DNA from: Eledone cirrhosa | Taxonomy: Eukaryota | Reading direction: 5' to 3' | Assembly: GCA_964016885.1 (NCBI GenBank) | Contig: CAXHJY010000859.1 | Coordinates: 11,774 to 75,773 of the forward strand | Length of the DNA: 64,000 nt | Made by a program: the position numbers and the translations under genes | Shown here: positions 31,241 through 45,057 of the stretch, in pieces | How positions within the stretch are numbered: position 1 is the first letter of the stretch | Layout: each line of letters starts with the position of its first letter | The notes under the pieces: generated by a model | The model's database searches: none | What the model saw: the letters and a program-made list of their open reading frames with translations, nothing else | Told to the model about the DNA's origin: nothing

Positions 31241-32204
31241 GTGTGTGTATATATATGTGTATATATATATATTATTATTACAAAGCCGCCTCATGGATGT
31301 GAGGTATAAACAATAGCTGAACAAGACGTGTAAAAGAGCCGTGGAGACAGGTATTCAGCAGATGTGGGGTGCGATTCTTGCAGGTAGTTCTCTCCACAGT
31401 TTCCCTTTCACCTATATTCTATTGATCTTATTCAGCCGTCATTTAACTGTCAGTTCTATTAGATAAAAACACAACACAACACACCGAAAAAACCTTTTCA
31501 AATTTCCCCAATGCTTAAGAAATGAACCAAATTTCTGTTTATTTACACACACAACACACTCACTCACACACAACACACACACTTACACACACACAACACA
31601 CTCACTCACACACAACACACACACTTACACACACACACACACTCACACACAACACACACACTTACACACACACACACACTCACACACAACACAAACACTT
31701 ACACACACACAGCACACTCACAACACACACACAACACACTCACTCACACACAACACACACACTTACACACACACACACACTCACACACAACACAAACACT
31801 TACACACACACAGCACACTCACAACACACACACACACTTACTCACTCACTCACTCACACTCACTCACACTAAACACACACAACACACACACTCACACAGA
31901 CTCACTCACACTAATAGACACATATACACACACATGCACACTCACACATATAGACACAGATACACACTCACACACATATACACAGATACACACACATTGA
32001 TATTCACACACACACACACTCACTCAGACTAATACACACAGACAAACTCACACATAGACACGGACACACACACTAATAGACACACAGACACACACAAATA
32101 CACTCACATATACGCATGAATATGCAAATTTCACGCTAAATATATGCATTAAGTAGACAGTTACTGACACATTTGACAGCGGGAATATATGGAGCGTATG
32201 TATG

Positions 32205-32440
<236 letters not shown>

Positions 32441-32608
32441 TAGTTATGTATCCAAACACGTATAAACATATATTACACATTTATATACAACAAACATATG
32501 GGTAGCTATTCAAAATGGACGTTAAACGATGATAATAATTATATATATATATATATATATATATCAATGATATTAAATAAATGGAAACTATATTTATAAA
32601 ACCATATT

Positions 32609-32669
32609 TATTCTGTTATATATATTTCAAGGGTACCAAAATTTTGGTACGCTTTCATCAGATAAAATA
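32609..32669 (-). ncRNA. Minimal hammerhead ribozyme, sense to the Ras-like gene
   Basis: TATTTTAT-CTGATGA-AAGcGTACCAA..TTGGTACcCTT-GAAA-TATATA-TA-ACAGAATA. Confidence 0.7.
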
Positions 32670-32804
32670 CAAAATGTTTTATAAATATTTGACATAACCA
32701 AGGATAATATACCTTTAGGGTTCAAGTTATCCACTTTCCAGGGATAATTTGAACCGTTATGCTATATTATCCTTGGTTATGTCAAATATTTATAAAACAT
32801 TTTG

Positions 32805-32865
32805 TATTTTATCTGATGAAAGCGTACCAAAATGTTGGTACCCTTGAAATATATATAACAGAATA
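32805..32865 (+). ncRNA. Minimal hammerhead ribozyme
   Basis: Mirror of 32609-32669: CTGATGA at 32813, GAAA at 32846. Confidence 0.7.
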
Positions 32866-33176
32866 AATATGGTTTTATAAATATAGTTTCCATTTATTTA
32901 ATATCATTGTATCTTATACTCCAGAAAACTGTTGAGTGCTTTGAATCAGTTATAAACATTTATATTTGTTGAATTACCAACAAATTGAATATCCCTTCTG
33001 CTTATATATATAAGTGTGTGTGTCTGTGTATATGAGCATGTGTCTGTACGTATAAACACGTGTGTGTATATAACAGAATTTATAAATAAAAGCGAAACAA
33101 AGAAGAGAAAAACAAAAACAAAATCATTATTCTTTTTCTTGTTATTGTTATTATTAATAAATTAAAGATGGCTGTG

Positions 33177-33812
33177 TCATAATATGACACAACGGTTGCG
33201 CCGTAATGCGTCCTGTACACGGATAGCCGTGGTCTTATGTCCGTAATCTATATAGTCAATAGCTTTCATGAGTTCTTTGAATAACAGCACTATATGCCAG
33301 TTATATTTGGCCGAACACTCCACATAGCCACATTTCCATTGTTTTTTTACCACGTTGGCAACCTCGCGACGCGACATACCCCGCTCCTCGGCCTGGTCGT
33401 GTTTATTACCCACCACGAACATGGGCACGTCTTGCATGTCCCTGCTCTCGATGATCTGTTCACGAAGCGATTTGATGTACTGGAAGCTCTCTTCCGATGT
33501 GATGTCGTAGACGAGAACGTAAGCTGTGGCGCTGCGCAGTTCGTAGCCGCGGAAATCTGTCCACTCGTACAAGGAATTGACGGGGAAATACGGAATGTAG
33601 GGAGAGTCTATGATTTTCAGTTCATACAGATGATCGTTGATAATAACGGACGGTATATACACCTGTTTCGATTCAGTCGGTTCGTAATCTTCTGTGAAAT
33701 GGCTGCATACAAACTGTTGGATAATGGATGTCTTACCGACGCCCGGGGCTCCGAGAATGGCCAGCTTCACTTTCTGTAGCTCTGAATCGAGCGCTACATG
33801 ATTGGTGGCCAT
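33177..33812 (-). CDS. RASL10B: Ras-like protein family member 10B-like small GTPase, single coding exon, 211 aa
   Basis: P-loop GAPGVGKT, NKHD (G4), ECSAK (G5), RASL10-type segments FPVNSLYEW, WKCGYVECSAKYNWHI and ALRRNRC, C-terminal CAAX (CVIL). ATG in AAAATGG context; a splice acceptor (ttttaacAG, 33820-33821) lies 7 nt upstream of the ATG. Confidence 0.93.
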   Translation of the reverse strand: MATNHVALDSELQKVKLAILGAPGVGKTSIIQQFVCSHFTEDYEPTESKQVYIPSVIINDHLYELKIIDSPYIPYFPVNSLYEWTDFRGYELRSATAYVLVYDITSEESFQYIKSLREQIIESRDMQDVPMFVVGNKHDQAEERGMSRREVANVVKKQWKCGYVECSAKYNWHIVLLFKELMKAIDYIDYGHKTTAIRVQDALRRNRCVIL

Positions 33813-34289
33813 TTTGAATCTGTTAAAATGCCCATAAACTAGATGTCTTTACATGTGTGTATGTGTTTGTGTAATTAAGTATGTAAAGTGTCTATGTATA
33901 TATGTGTGTGTATGTATGTAAGGTATGTATGTAAAGTGCGTATGTATATATGTGTGTGTATGTAAGGTATGTATGTAAAGTGTGTATGTATGTATATATG
34001 TGTGTATGTATGTAAGGTATGTATGTAAAATGCGTATGTATCTGTGTGTGTGTATGTATGTAAGGTATGTATGTAAGGTATATATGTAAAGTGTGTATGT
34101 ATATATGTGTGTGTATGTATGTAAGGTATGTATGTAAAGTGTGTATGTATATATATGTGTGTATATATGTAAGGTATGTATGTAAGTTGTTGGGTCAGTA
34201 AATCTTTAAGTACGAAAGAAAAGGAATCAATACTGTAATAGAGGGAGGAGTGCGGGACAGCGTCCGTCTTATAATAATAATAATTATTA

Positions 34290-34710
34290 TTTCTGATTTA
34301 GGCACAAGGCCAGCATTTGTGGGGGTGAGGGAGAGGAAAGTCGATTAAATCAACCCCAGTGTGTTACTGGTACTTTATTTTATCGACCCCGTAAGGACGA
34401 AAGGCAAAGCTAACCTCGGCGGGATTTGAACTAAGAACGTAAAGAGCCGTAACTCTACGCGGCGAACCAGGGTGTCTGACGTTCTACCGATTAATAATAA
34501 TAATAATAATGATTTCTAGTTTAGGCACAAAGCCAGTAATTTGGGGGGGGGGGGAGGAAAGTCGATTAAATCGACTCCAGTACGTGACTGGTACTTTATT
34601 TTATCGACCCGGTAAGGACGAAAGACAAAGCTAACCTCGACGGGATTTGAACTGAGAACGTAAAGAGCCGTAGCTCTACGCAACGAACCAGGGCGTCTGA
34701 CGTTCTACCG

Positions 34711-34712
<2 letters not shown>
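34290..34712 (-). mobile_element. Two tandem SINE copies separated by (AAT)n
   Basis: Copies at 34290-34492 and 34512-34712. Confidence 0.85.
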
Positions 34713-34762
<50 letters not shown>

Positions 34763-35041
34763 TAAAAATAGATTATATTCCCTGTTGAGTGATATATTAG
34801 AGTTTCGAGACAACGATAATGTGTTTTTTTCTTTTCTTCCTTTTTTTCCTTTTTTTCCTTTTTATTTTTATTACGATGACTGATTTATCTGATTGCTTCC
34901 ATGACGAAATATCGTGCAACGGGACTTTAATCTACGGGCAACGAGACTATAACCTATGTCCAACGAGAAATCAATTGGAGTGACATTATTAACGATGTTG
35001 ATAATTTCTTTTTGATTTTTTTTGTTATTGATATTGTTTAT

Positions 35042-35073
<32 letters not shown>

Positions 35074-35075
35074 TG

Positions 35076-35122
<47 letters not shown>

Positions 35123-35282
35123 TAATATTTTTCCTTAGATAATATACGAAGTGATTTGGTTTATATTTATACAATTATATGTTTTTATAATTTTGTTTTT
35201 AATGTAAAAATATATTTCACTATTCATCGTTATAAATTCTTTATCATCATCATCATCGTCAGTGTTATTATATTAATTATTA

Positions 35283-35315
<33 letters not shown>

Positions 35316-35910
35316 GGAGGAGGAGGAGTAGTGGTGGTGGTGGTGGTGGTGGTGGTGGTGGTGGTGGTGGTGGTGGTGGTGGTGGTGGTGGTGGTGGTGG
35401 TAGAATTAGTAATGGTAGTAGTATGGTAGTAGTAATAGTAGTAGTGGTGGTGGTGGTGGTGGTGGTGGTAGTAGTGGTGGTGGTGGTAGTAGTGGTGGTA
35501 GTAGTGGTAGTGGTGGTAGTGGTGGTAGATGTGTCAGTGGTGGTGATGGTGGTGGTGGTGATGGTGATGGCGCCTGTGTTTTTTGGTGATGGCGTCGACG
35601 GTGGTGGTGGTGTTAGTGGTAATGTTGGTGGTGGTGATGGTGATGATGATGGTGGTGGTGGTGATGGCGTCTGTGATGGTGATGATGGTGGTGTCAGTGG
35701 TAGTGGTGGTGGTGGTGGTGGTGGTGGTGTCAGTAGTGGTGGTGGTGGTGGTGGTGGTGTTATATGTTTCAATTTTATAGTTATTTCCCCCGCCAATAAT
35801 TAATAGATTCAGTAATCGAAAATTTCAATTAAAATGACATCATCTTTTCATTATTATATTCATCATCATCATCGTCGTCATATTTATCATTGTAATCGTC
35901 ATTATTATTA

Positions 35911-35951
<41 letters not shown>

Positions 35952-36337
35952 TTCTTGGAGTCTCAGTCATTGATGTTATTTAACTGGAAAGTTTGTTCAA
36001 ATGAACATCAAGCTGTTATCTGCGGCCTCAGATATTCAGGACGTATCGTAGGGTTCTTGCTGTTCCCAGCAAGCATGCCTTTTGAAATGTTAAAAAAGGG
36101 GGGGGGGCTGGACTAATGTTCTTTAACCATCCTTGGAAACTCTTTGAGATAGTACCTAGTGTTTCTATGACAATTAGGATGACCTCGATCTCACGACAGT
36201 TCCAAATCCTTTTCAATTCCCACTTTAAATTCTGGTTAATTTTCGTCTCCTTCTCCTGCACCCTTGTGTCAAAGGGCCAGGCTACATCTACCATCAGGCA
36301 CAATCATTTTTCCTTGTCAAAAAAAACCCACTAGGTC
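35952..36337 (-). mobile_element. Degenerate 3' fragment of the same R4/Dong-like LINE
   Basis: ORF 36028-36303 ends QKACLLGTARTLRYVLNI. Same 3' UTR (gagtctcagtcattgatg) next to (ATT)n. Confidence 0.8.
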
Positions 36338-36627
36338 TTATTATTATTCGGTTTTATTATAACCCACCACTGTCCCTGTCTTATGTATTGGCCCCTATGG
36401 TGTTGTTTGTTTGTTTGTTTGCTGTCCCTTCTATAGGAGTCAATGAGTGAGGAGGATGATGATGATGAGAATAAGGGACGAATATTCACGGGGGAAGTAT
36501 ATTTTTATTCTTAAGTCTCCATTATTTATTGGGATTCCACGTTTTGAGGGTCGCGTGTTGTTAATCCGATCGTTTACATGTTGGGTCACATGTTGGGTCA
36601 CATGTGACTCACATGTTGGTTACTTAC

Positions 36628-37110
36628 GTTATTGCTGTTTAGACGTTGGTCGAACGTTAATCAACCGAGTGCCACATGTTGGCCAAACGCTGCCTTCGCG
36701 CGCCGTTCCTTACGTGGCGGTCACGTGCTACTACTCACATGCTGCCGGCCGCATGTCACTGGTCACATGCTACTTGTCGCCTGATGTTGGTCACGTGATG
36801 CTGGTTACATGCCGTTTGACGCCTGTGACTGGTCACGTGATGCTGGTCACATGCTACTTGTCGCCTGATGTTGGTCACGTGATGCTGGTTACATGCTGTT
36901 TGTCGCCTGTGACTGGTCACGTGATGCTGGTTACATGTTACTTGTCGCCTGTCGCTGGTCACATGCCAATGGTCACGTGCCGCTGGTCGTGTGCTGCTGG
37001 TCACATACTTTGAGCGCTCGTTGATTACATTTTACAACGATATACGCCGCACTCTTTCACATTCCATGTCTAATTGTCTCTCTTTCGTTTTCTCCTTTTT
37101 GCTGTGGTTT

Positions 37111-37147
<37 letters not shown>

Positions 37148-37225
37148 AGGTCTTGCAGTTTGCTTTCTTCGTCTTCTTCATCTATGTCTCACTTCAGATT
37201 CCGTCATATCGTCGTCTTCTTATAT
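36628..37225 (-). other. Putative 5' UTR exon of the RASL10B-like gene
   Basis: Minus-strand polypyrimidine tract plus acceptor (ttcttttttatatatttcaacAG, 37226-37227) and a consensus donor AAC|GTAAGT (36622-36627). Only short ATG-started ORFs inside. Confidence 0.4.
36750..36990. repeat. 42/84-bp tandem repeat rich in GGTCACGTG E-box motifs
   Basis: ggtcacgtgatgctggt(c/t)acatg repeated. Confidence 0.8.
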
Positions 37226-37418
37226 CTGTTGAAATATATAAAAAAGAAATATAAATAAAAAATGTAAAGCTATATAAATATATCTATATATATATGTATA
37301 TATCTATATGTATATATATATATGTATATATCTATATGTATATATCTATGTGTATATATATATATGTATGTATGTATATATATATATATATATGTGTGTG
37401 TGTATATATATGTATATA

Positions 37419-37511
37419 CAGGGTGTCCCCAAGAATTTGACATCATTGAGCTAGACTTAGTAGTTTTCGAGATATTTGCTTTTAAAATGTCAAATTTTTT
37501 GGGACACCCTG
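37419..37511. mobile_element. 93-bp Tc1/mariner-type MITE
   Basis: TIR CAGGGTGTCCC / GGGACACCCTG, with TA on both sides. A related single end is at ~29325-29341. Confidence 0.75.
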
Positions 37512-37633
37512 TATATATATGTATATATATATACATTTTAAGTATATATATGTATATATATATATATAACTATATATATATATGTATATACATAATATAT
37601 AAGAACAAAAGATGGTTAAAGGAGTTCCATGTA

Positions 37634-37700
37634 TTTTATTATGCGCATTTCAAAAACAAATATCATCATGCAATAATATTTGTGTTTTCATCAGATAAAA
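37634..37700 (-). ncRNA. Minimal hammerhead ribozyme with long AU-rich stem II
   Basis: TTTTAT-CTGATGA-AAAcACAAATATTAT..ATGATATTTGTtTTT-GAAA-TGCGCA-TA-ATAAAA. The 3' half also occurs at ~3122-3174. Confidence 0.75.
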
Positions 37701-38481
37701 CAGGAGGACATGATATGAAGGCTAAAAAACACTTGTGGATAGTTCAGTTTTAAATCAATATGTTGATTTAAAACTGAACTATCACACACACACACACACA
37801 TGCACACACACATATATATAATTGTGTCCTTTTGATTTGTAGCTGCACACCCATTCCTAATTTCCCTCAACCCTACCACCACCACCACCACCACCACAAC
37901 CACCACCACCACCACCACCACCACCACCACCACCACCAGTCATTACCACCACCACCACCACCACCACCACCACCACCACCAGTCATCACCACCACCACCA
38001 CCACCAGTCACCACCACCACCACCACCAAATAAAGTGTCTTGCTCAAGGACATAACACATCACCTGGTTCGAGTGATTGCGAATCCAACATTCTCACCAC
38101 TGAGCCGCGGGTCTTCACATATAGGCACGATCGAATTTCGTCAAATCGGACCGAGGAAACAATGTTTCCATTGGTCTTTCCAGTTGCTAGTACTATCTAT
38201 CGGTCGCAACTCCAGGTAGAAGGAGCAACGCGAAATAAAGTGTCTTGCTCAAGGACATAACGCATCGCCCCATCCAGGAATCGAACTCACAACCTCACGA
38301 TTGCGAATCCAATTCTATTACCATATTCTCTTCACATTAACATTGATAAAATACCGCATATCTTAGTGGAGTTGGGGTGGGGCTGTTGGTTGATAACATT
38401 GATCCCAGTACTAATAGTTACTGGATTTATTGATCTCGGAAACTGAAATATCGAACTTGAGGATAATTCTGGAAAGTTTCA

Positions 38482-38513
<32 letters not shown>

Positions 38514-38516
38514 CTG

Positions 38517-38985
38517 AAGTTGATATCGTCTAAACACACAGGTTGATATCGTGTAAACACACAGGTTTATATATTGGAAATACATATAATTGATATCGTG
38601 GAAATACATAAGTTAATATCGTGTAAACACACAGGTTGATATCGTGTAAACACACAGGTTGATATCGTGTAAACACACAGGTTGATATCGTGTAAACACA
38701 CAGGTTGATATCGTGTAAACACACAGGTTGATATCGTGTAAACACACAGGTTGATATCGTGTAAACACACAGGTTGACATCGTGTAAACACACAGGTTGA
38801 TATCGTGTAAACACACAGGTTAATATCGTGTAAACACACAGGTTGATATCGTGTAAACACACTGGTTAATATCGTGTAAACACACAGGTTAATATCGTGT
38901 AAACACACAGGTTAATATCGTGTAAACACACAGGTTGATATCGTGTAAACACACAGGTTGATATCGTGCAAACACACTGGTTAAT
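38517..38985. repeat. 23-bp minisatellite
   Basis: ggttgatatcgtgtaaacacaca repeated. Confidence 0.95.
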
Positions 38986-39157
38986 ATATTGGAAATACAT
39001 ATAATTGATATCGTGGAAATACAGAAGTTGATATGGTGGAAATACACATAAATTAATATAATTAAAAAGACATATAAGTTAATATTGTGGAAATACACAT
39101 ATGTTGATATCACAAAAATAATTTTGTACTGAGTTACACTGACTTAGTGCAATGATA

Positions 39158-39266
<109 letters not shown>

Positions 39267-39267
39267 A

Positions 39268-39309
<42 letters not shown>

Positions 39310-39310
39310 T

Positions 39311-39502
39311 AGGAAAAAGTATGACCCCGACGGCAGAGCTCAAGCCGTTTCGACGGCTATTTCTGGTCCAGAAATAGCCGTCGAAACGGCTTGAGCTCTG
39401 CCGTCGGGGTCATACTTTTTCCTATTTCCCACTCTACTACCCTACGTATTGAGTACTCTGGTGCGTTATGGTCCACCTGGTTCCTTACCACAATTCTTTT
39501 GT
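39311..39502. mobile_element. ~190-bp hairpin-ended repeat family in (TA)n; other copies at 39713-39915, 40362-40563, 44110-44313, 48968-49150, 63668-63805
   Basis: Shared gaccccgacggcagagctcaagccgtttcgacggcta../..tagccgtcgaaacggcttgagctc inverted repeat plus a unique tail ..ggtgcgttatggtccacctggttccttaccaca. Confidence 0.9.
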
Positions 39503-39569
39503 TATATATATATATATATATATATATATGATATTAAATAAATGGAAACTATATTTATAAAACCATATT

Positions 39570-39635
39570 TATTTCGTTATATATATTTCAGGGATATCAT
39601 ATTAACAATATGTTATGCCATCTTCAGACAAAATA
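39570..39635 (-). ncRNA. Minimal hammerhead ribozyme (slightly degenerate)
   Basis: TATTTTGT-CTGAAGA-TGGCATAACATATT..AATATGATATCCCT-GAAA-TATATA-TA-ACGAAATA. Confidence 0.55.
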
Positions 39636-39912
39636 CAATATAAACAGTCTTATAAATAAATAGATACGACATACCTTTCAATCACCTTGCATTTGGGAGG
39701 TTATATATATATAACGAAGGAAATGTGGTAAGGAACCAGGTGGACCATAACGCACCAGAGTACTCAATACGTAGGGTAGTAGAGTTGTAAATAGGAACGA
39801 GTATGACCCCGACGGCTGAGCTCAAGCCGTTTCGACGGCTAATTCTGGACTAAAAAAAAAAAATTTTTTTAGTCGAAACGGCTTGAGCTCAGCCGTCGGG
39901 GTCCTACTCGTT

Positions 39913-39982
<70 letters not shown>

Positions 39983-40087
39983 CATACATATATAGAAAAA
40001 AAGTGTGAAGAGAAGTGAGAGAGAATGCGTGTGAGATAGATAGATAGACATATATAGATATATAGATAGAGAGAGAGAGAGACTGAG

Positions 40088-40163
<76 letters not shown>

Positions 40164-40561
40164 TTTGTAGATAGATATATAATATATAGTTGGTGGTGGA
40201 AGAGTGTGGAGATGTTGGCGGGGAAAAGTATAAAAGTCAGCCGGTGTGACAAGATGGAGCCGTCAGAAGAAAAACATGTATCAGAATTGAAAAGTAAAAA
40301 TCAGAATTGAAAAGTAAAAGTAGGCGAGAGAGAGTGAAAGGGATATATATATATATATATATAGGAAAAAGTATGACCCCGACGGCAGAGCTCAAGCCGT
40401 TTCGACGGCTATTTCTGGACTTTGTAGTCCAGATAGCCGTCGAAACGGCTTGAGCTCTGCCGCCGGGGGTCATACTTTTTCCTATTTCCCACTCTACTAC
40501 CCTAAGTATTGAGTACGCTGGTGCGTTATGGTCCACCTGGTTCCTTACCACAATTCCTTTG

Positions 40562-40656
<95 letters not shown>

Positions 40657-40873
40657 GAGAGAGAGAGATACAGCGAGAGAGAGAGAGAGAGAGAGAGAAA
40701 GGGAGAGAGAGAGATACAGCGAGAGAGAGAGAGAGAGAGAGAAAGGGAGAGAGAGAGATACAGCGAGAGAAAGAGTGAGAGAGAAAGGGAGAGAGAGAGA
40801 TAGAGAGAGAAAGGGAGAGAGAGAGAAGGATAGAGAGAGCGAGAGAAAGAGAGAGAGAAAGAGAGAGAGACAG

Positions 40874-40937
<64 letters not shown>

Positions 40938-41041
40938 GGGTAGAGATAGAGAGAGATAAGGGTAGAGATAGAGAGAGATAGAGAGAGCGAGAGAAAGAGA
41001 AAGAGAGATATATATAGAGAGAGAGATAGAGAGAGAAGGTT

Positions 41042-41101
<60 letters not shown>

Positions 41102-41432
41102 ATAGAGAGAGATAGAGAGAATGGAAAGTGGGATACATACTTTCAGACGTTAGTGGAAATCCCTTAAGTTGCGTGAGCAACAGTTAATCTTGTTGTACAT
41201 GTGTGTGTGTGGTAAGAGTTGTACATGTGTGTGTGTGGTAAGAGTTGTACTTGTGTGTGTGTAGTAAGAGTTGTTGTACATGTGTGTGTGGTAAGAGTTG
41301 TTGTTACTCTATGTGTGTGTGTGTATGCGTAGAGCAACAGTTAAGGTTAATGTGTGTTTGTGTGTTAGCAATAGTTGATATTAATGGGTGTGTATATATA
41401 TATATATATATATATACTTATAGATATGTATA

Positions 41433-41584
<152 letters not shown>

Positions 41585-42029
41585 GTGTATATATGCGTGT
41601 GTAGCAACAGTTAATGCGTGTACGTGTGCGTGTGTATATATATGTATATGTATATGTATATATGTGTGTGCGTATATATATATGTGTGTGTGTGTATGTA
41701 TATATGTATATGTATATCTATGTGTGTATATATAAATATATATATATGTATATATGTATATATATATATATATAAGTATATATATATATGTGTGTGTGTG
41801 TATATATGTATATATATATATATGTGTGTGTATATATGTGTGTGTGTGTGTGTATATATATGTATATGTATAACAACAGATCGTCTGCTATCGGAATGTT
41901 AAGACTGGATGTTCAATCAGCAAACACCGCAACAACAATAGCAACAGTTGCAGCAGCAGCAGCAGTGATGGTTGTCGGTAGTTACGAGGGCTGAGGTGCG
42001 GACAACAGCAACAGCACTTACAGCAGCTT

Positions 42030-42741
42030 CGACCTGCTAGAAATACCAGCCAACAGCCCCCTTCAACCAATCCCACTAAAAATAGGTATTTGTTCAACCT
42101 GCTAGAAATCGCAGCCATAATCCCCCATCACCCCCCCCCTCCCTCTAACCAATCGCACTAAAAACAGGTCTTTGCTCGACCTGCTAGAAATAGCAGCCAA
42201 CAGCTCCCTCTAACCAATCGCACTAAAAACAGGTCTTTGCTCGACCTGCTAGAAATAGCAACCAACAGCTCCCTCTAACTAATCGCACTAAAAACAGGTC
42301 TTTGCTCGACCTGCTAGAAATAGCAGCCAACAGCTCCCTCTAACTAATCGCACTAAAAACAGGTCTTTGCGCGACCTGCTAGAAATAGCAGCCAACAGCT
42401 CCCTCTAACTAATCGCACTAAAAACAGGTCTTTGCGCGACCTGCTAGAAATAGCAGCCAACAGCTCTCTCTAACCAATCTCACTAAAAACAGGTCTTTGC
42501 TCGACCTGCTAAAAATAGCAGCCAACAGCACCCTCTAACCAATCTCACTAAAAACAGATCTTTGTTCGACCTGCTAGAAATAGCAGCCAACAGCACCCTC
42601 TAACCAATCTCACTAAAAACAGGTCTTTGCTCGACCTGCTAAAAATAGCAGCCAACAGCTCCTTCTAACCAATCTCACTAAAAACAGGTCTTTGCGCGAC
42701 CTGCTAGAAATAGCAGCCAGTCGCTCCCTCTAACCAATCTC
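42030..42741. repeat. 65-bp minisatellite, ~11 copies
   Basis: gacctgctagaaatagcagccaacagctccctctaaccaatcgcactaaaaacaggtctttgctc. Confidence 0.95.
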
Positions 42742-42787
42742 ATTACACCATCATAATCTGGGTAGTAGTAACAGTATTAGTAGTTGC

Positions 42788-42845
<58 letters not shown>

Positions 42846-43205
42846 TCAGCAACGACAACAATAACAGTAGCAACGAGCGAAAGAAGGAAAGGTCCTTAAT
42901 GAGCCAGTCTTTGTTCGATCCGCTACAAATAGCAACCAGAAGCTCCTCTACATTTTTACTTCATGTCTCTTGATTTATTTTAAAATGATATAATCTCTAT
43001 ATATAATCTCTCTCTTTCTCATTCTCTCTCTCTCACTCACTCACTCTCTCTCTCTCTCTCTTATATATATATATATATATATATGTGGGAGGAGGGGTTC
43101 AACTGAATACGCGCATATGATTTTTCTCCCTCTTTTCTTTTTCATTTTCCCTGTTCCTTCTTCTCATCACTCTTTACTTTTTATTTATCTTCTATTTATA
43201 ACTCT

Positions 43206-43243
43206 GTCTTCTGATGAAGGACTAGTGTACGAACCGTTAAGAC
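43206..43243 (+). ncRNA. Degenerate minimal hammerhead motif
   Basis: GTCTT-CTGATGA-..-GAAC(instead of GAAA)-CG-TT-AAGAC; perfect stem I, mutated core and poor stem II. Confidence 0.4.
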
Positions 43244-43664
43244 TCTCTTCCTGCTATTTCAAGTGTTAAACTAAAATATTTCTTCCATGTACTGTGCCGT
43301 TTGTTTTGTTATGTTTGTTATTACTTTTAAACAAACAAACACGTATATGGATGTGTGTATATATATATTTAATTTCAATTACCTCTGTATTTTATTTACT
43401 TTATTCTTAACTCTGAAGCGGAGAATCATTCGGTTTCCTAAATAGAATTTTAGTCTACGACTTCAGTTATACCATTTACGTTGTTTTGTCTTTGCGTGTA
43501 ATTGTTCTCATTGATCCACATAATGACGTATTATCTTCGTTTTTTCCGTTCATTGCCAGAGAACGTCTCCATGAACCACCTAATAGAATATTAGTCTACG
43601 ACTTCAGCTATACCATAAACGTGGCTTTGTCTTTGCGTGTAATTGTTTTCACTGCACCAAATAA

Positions 43665-43757
43665 TTGATTCTACTTTAGGCACAAGGCCAGCAATTACCC
43701 AGTACATTACTGGTACTTTATTTTATCGACCCCGTAAGGATGAAAGGCAAAGTTAAC
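43665..43757 (-). mobile_element. 5'-truncated SINE with target-site duplication
   Basis: SINE 3' half flanked by the direct repeat cactgcaccaaataat (~43650 and ~43756). Confidence 0.8.
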
Positions 43758-44004
43758 ACTGCACCAAATAATGATGTATTATCTTCGTTTTTCCCCGTTC
43801 TTTGCGAGGGAACGTTTCCACGAACCAAAGTATCGTCTACCTGTCTTCCTCCGGTTGCAACGTTTTTTGAAATATTTACTTCTGCGTTCACAGATTGACT
43901 TTGTTAGTTTCAGAAGATCCCGTTAAGGGCGAAAGCAGCGATTCTTTGCTTAAACTTTAATCTGTTATTTTAATAAATATATATATACTGTATATATATT
44001 CATA

Positions 44005-44111
<107 letters not shown>

Positions 44112-44443
44112 CGAAGGAAATGTGGTAAGGAACCAGGTGGACCATAACGCACCAAAGTACTCAATACTTGAGGTAGTAGAGTGGGTAATAGGAACCAGTA
44201 AGACCCCGACAGCTGAGCTCAAGCCGTTTCGACGGCTAATTCTGGACGCTAATTCGTCCAGAATTAGCCGTCGAAACGGCTTGAGCTCAGCTGTCGGGGT
44301 CTTACTGGTTCCTATATATATATATACATATATATGAATATATATACAGTATATATATATTTATTAAAATTTCACAGAGTTTATATTCATAGAGATCTGG
44401 GACTTGTCTATTTCTACTCACTTTCCGTTGCTTAAACCCTTTT

Positions 44444-44485
<42 letters not shown>

Positions 44486-44649
44486 GGAGAGGGAGAGAAG
44501 AGAGAGAGAGATTGAGAGAAGGTGATAATGGAGTCGGCTCCATAACTCCTATGGGTGAGCTTGAGCCAATCATCTGAGAAACGCGCGTAACGGGTCGATA
44601 CATCGATGCACAATAGATATCTTATATATGTAACCGAAAGTTCCTTGCT

Positions 44650-44680
<31 letters not shown>

Positions 44681-44819
44681 TAGAAAGTGAGGTTTTTTTT
44701 TTACAAAATGAAAAATAACCGAGGTGTCCTACACGAGTGGAAGTATAAAGAAAAAGGGATGAAATCGAAAATGCAACTGAAGTCTTATTTTTTTTTAAAA
44801 TATATATATTTATTTGGTT

Positions 44820-44857
44820 CCTTTACCGGTTTCGCAGTTCTTCTGCTTTTCAAAAGG
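44820..44857 (-). ncRNA. Minimal hammerhead ribozyme, U3-A8 variant, in single-arm element 44681-44893
   Basis: Identical to the motif at 17230-17267. Confidence 0.7.
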
Positions 44858-44892
44858 TGAGTTGAGATGGAGGGTCTGTGGTTTTTCTCACA

Positions 44893-44955
<63 letters not shown>

Positions 44956-44975
44956 ATGTATCTATCTATCTATCT

Positions 44976-45053
<78 letters not shown>

Positions 45054-45057
<4 letters not shown>

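Larger units (their letters stand above)
32565..33000. mobile_element. Fold-back HHR element immediately 3' of the RASL10B-like CDS
   Basis: Inverted repeat 32565-32909; same family as the elements at 25472, 51540 and 51891. Confidence 0.85.

Noticed and set aside
33294-33779. 161-aa plus-strand ORF
   Set aside because: Antisense shadow of the RASL10B-like CDS with no recognisable motif.
43905-43945. CAGAAGA-TCCC..GGGC-GAAA hammerhead-like motif (also ~45620-45650)
   Set aside because: Altered core, no UH site and no stem I.
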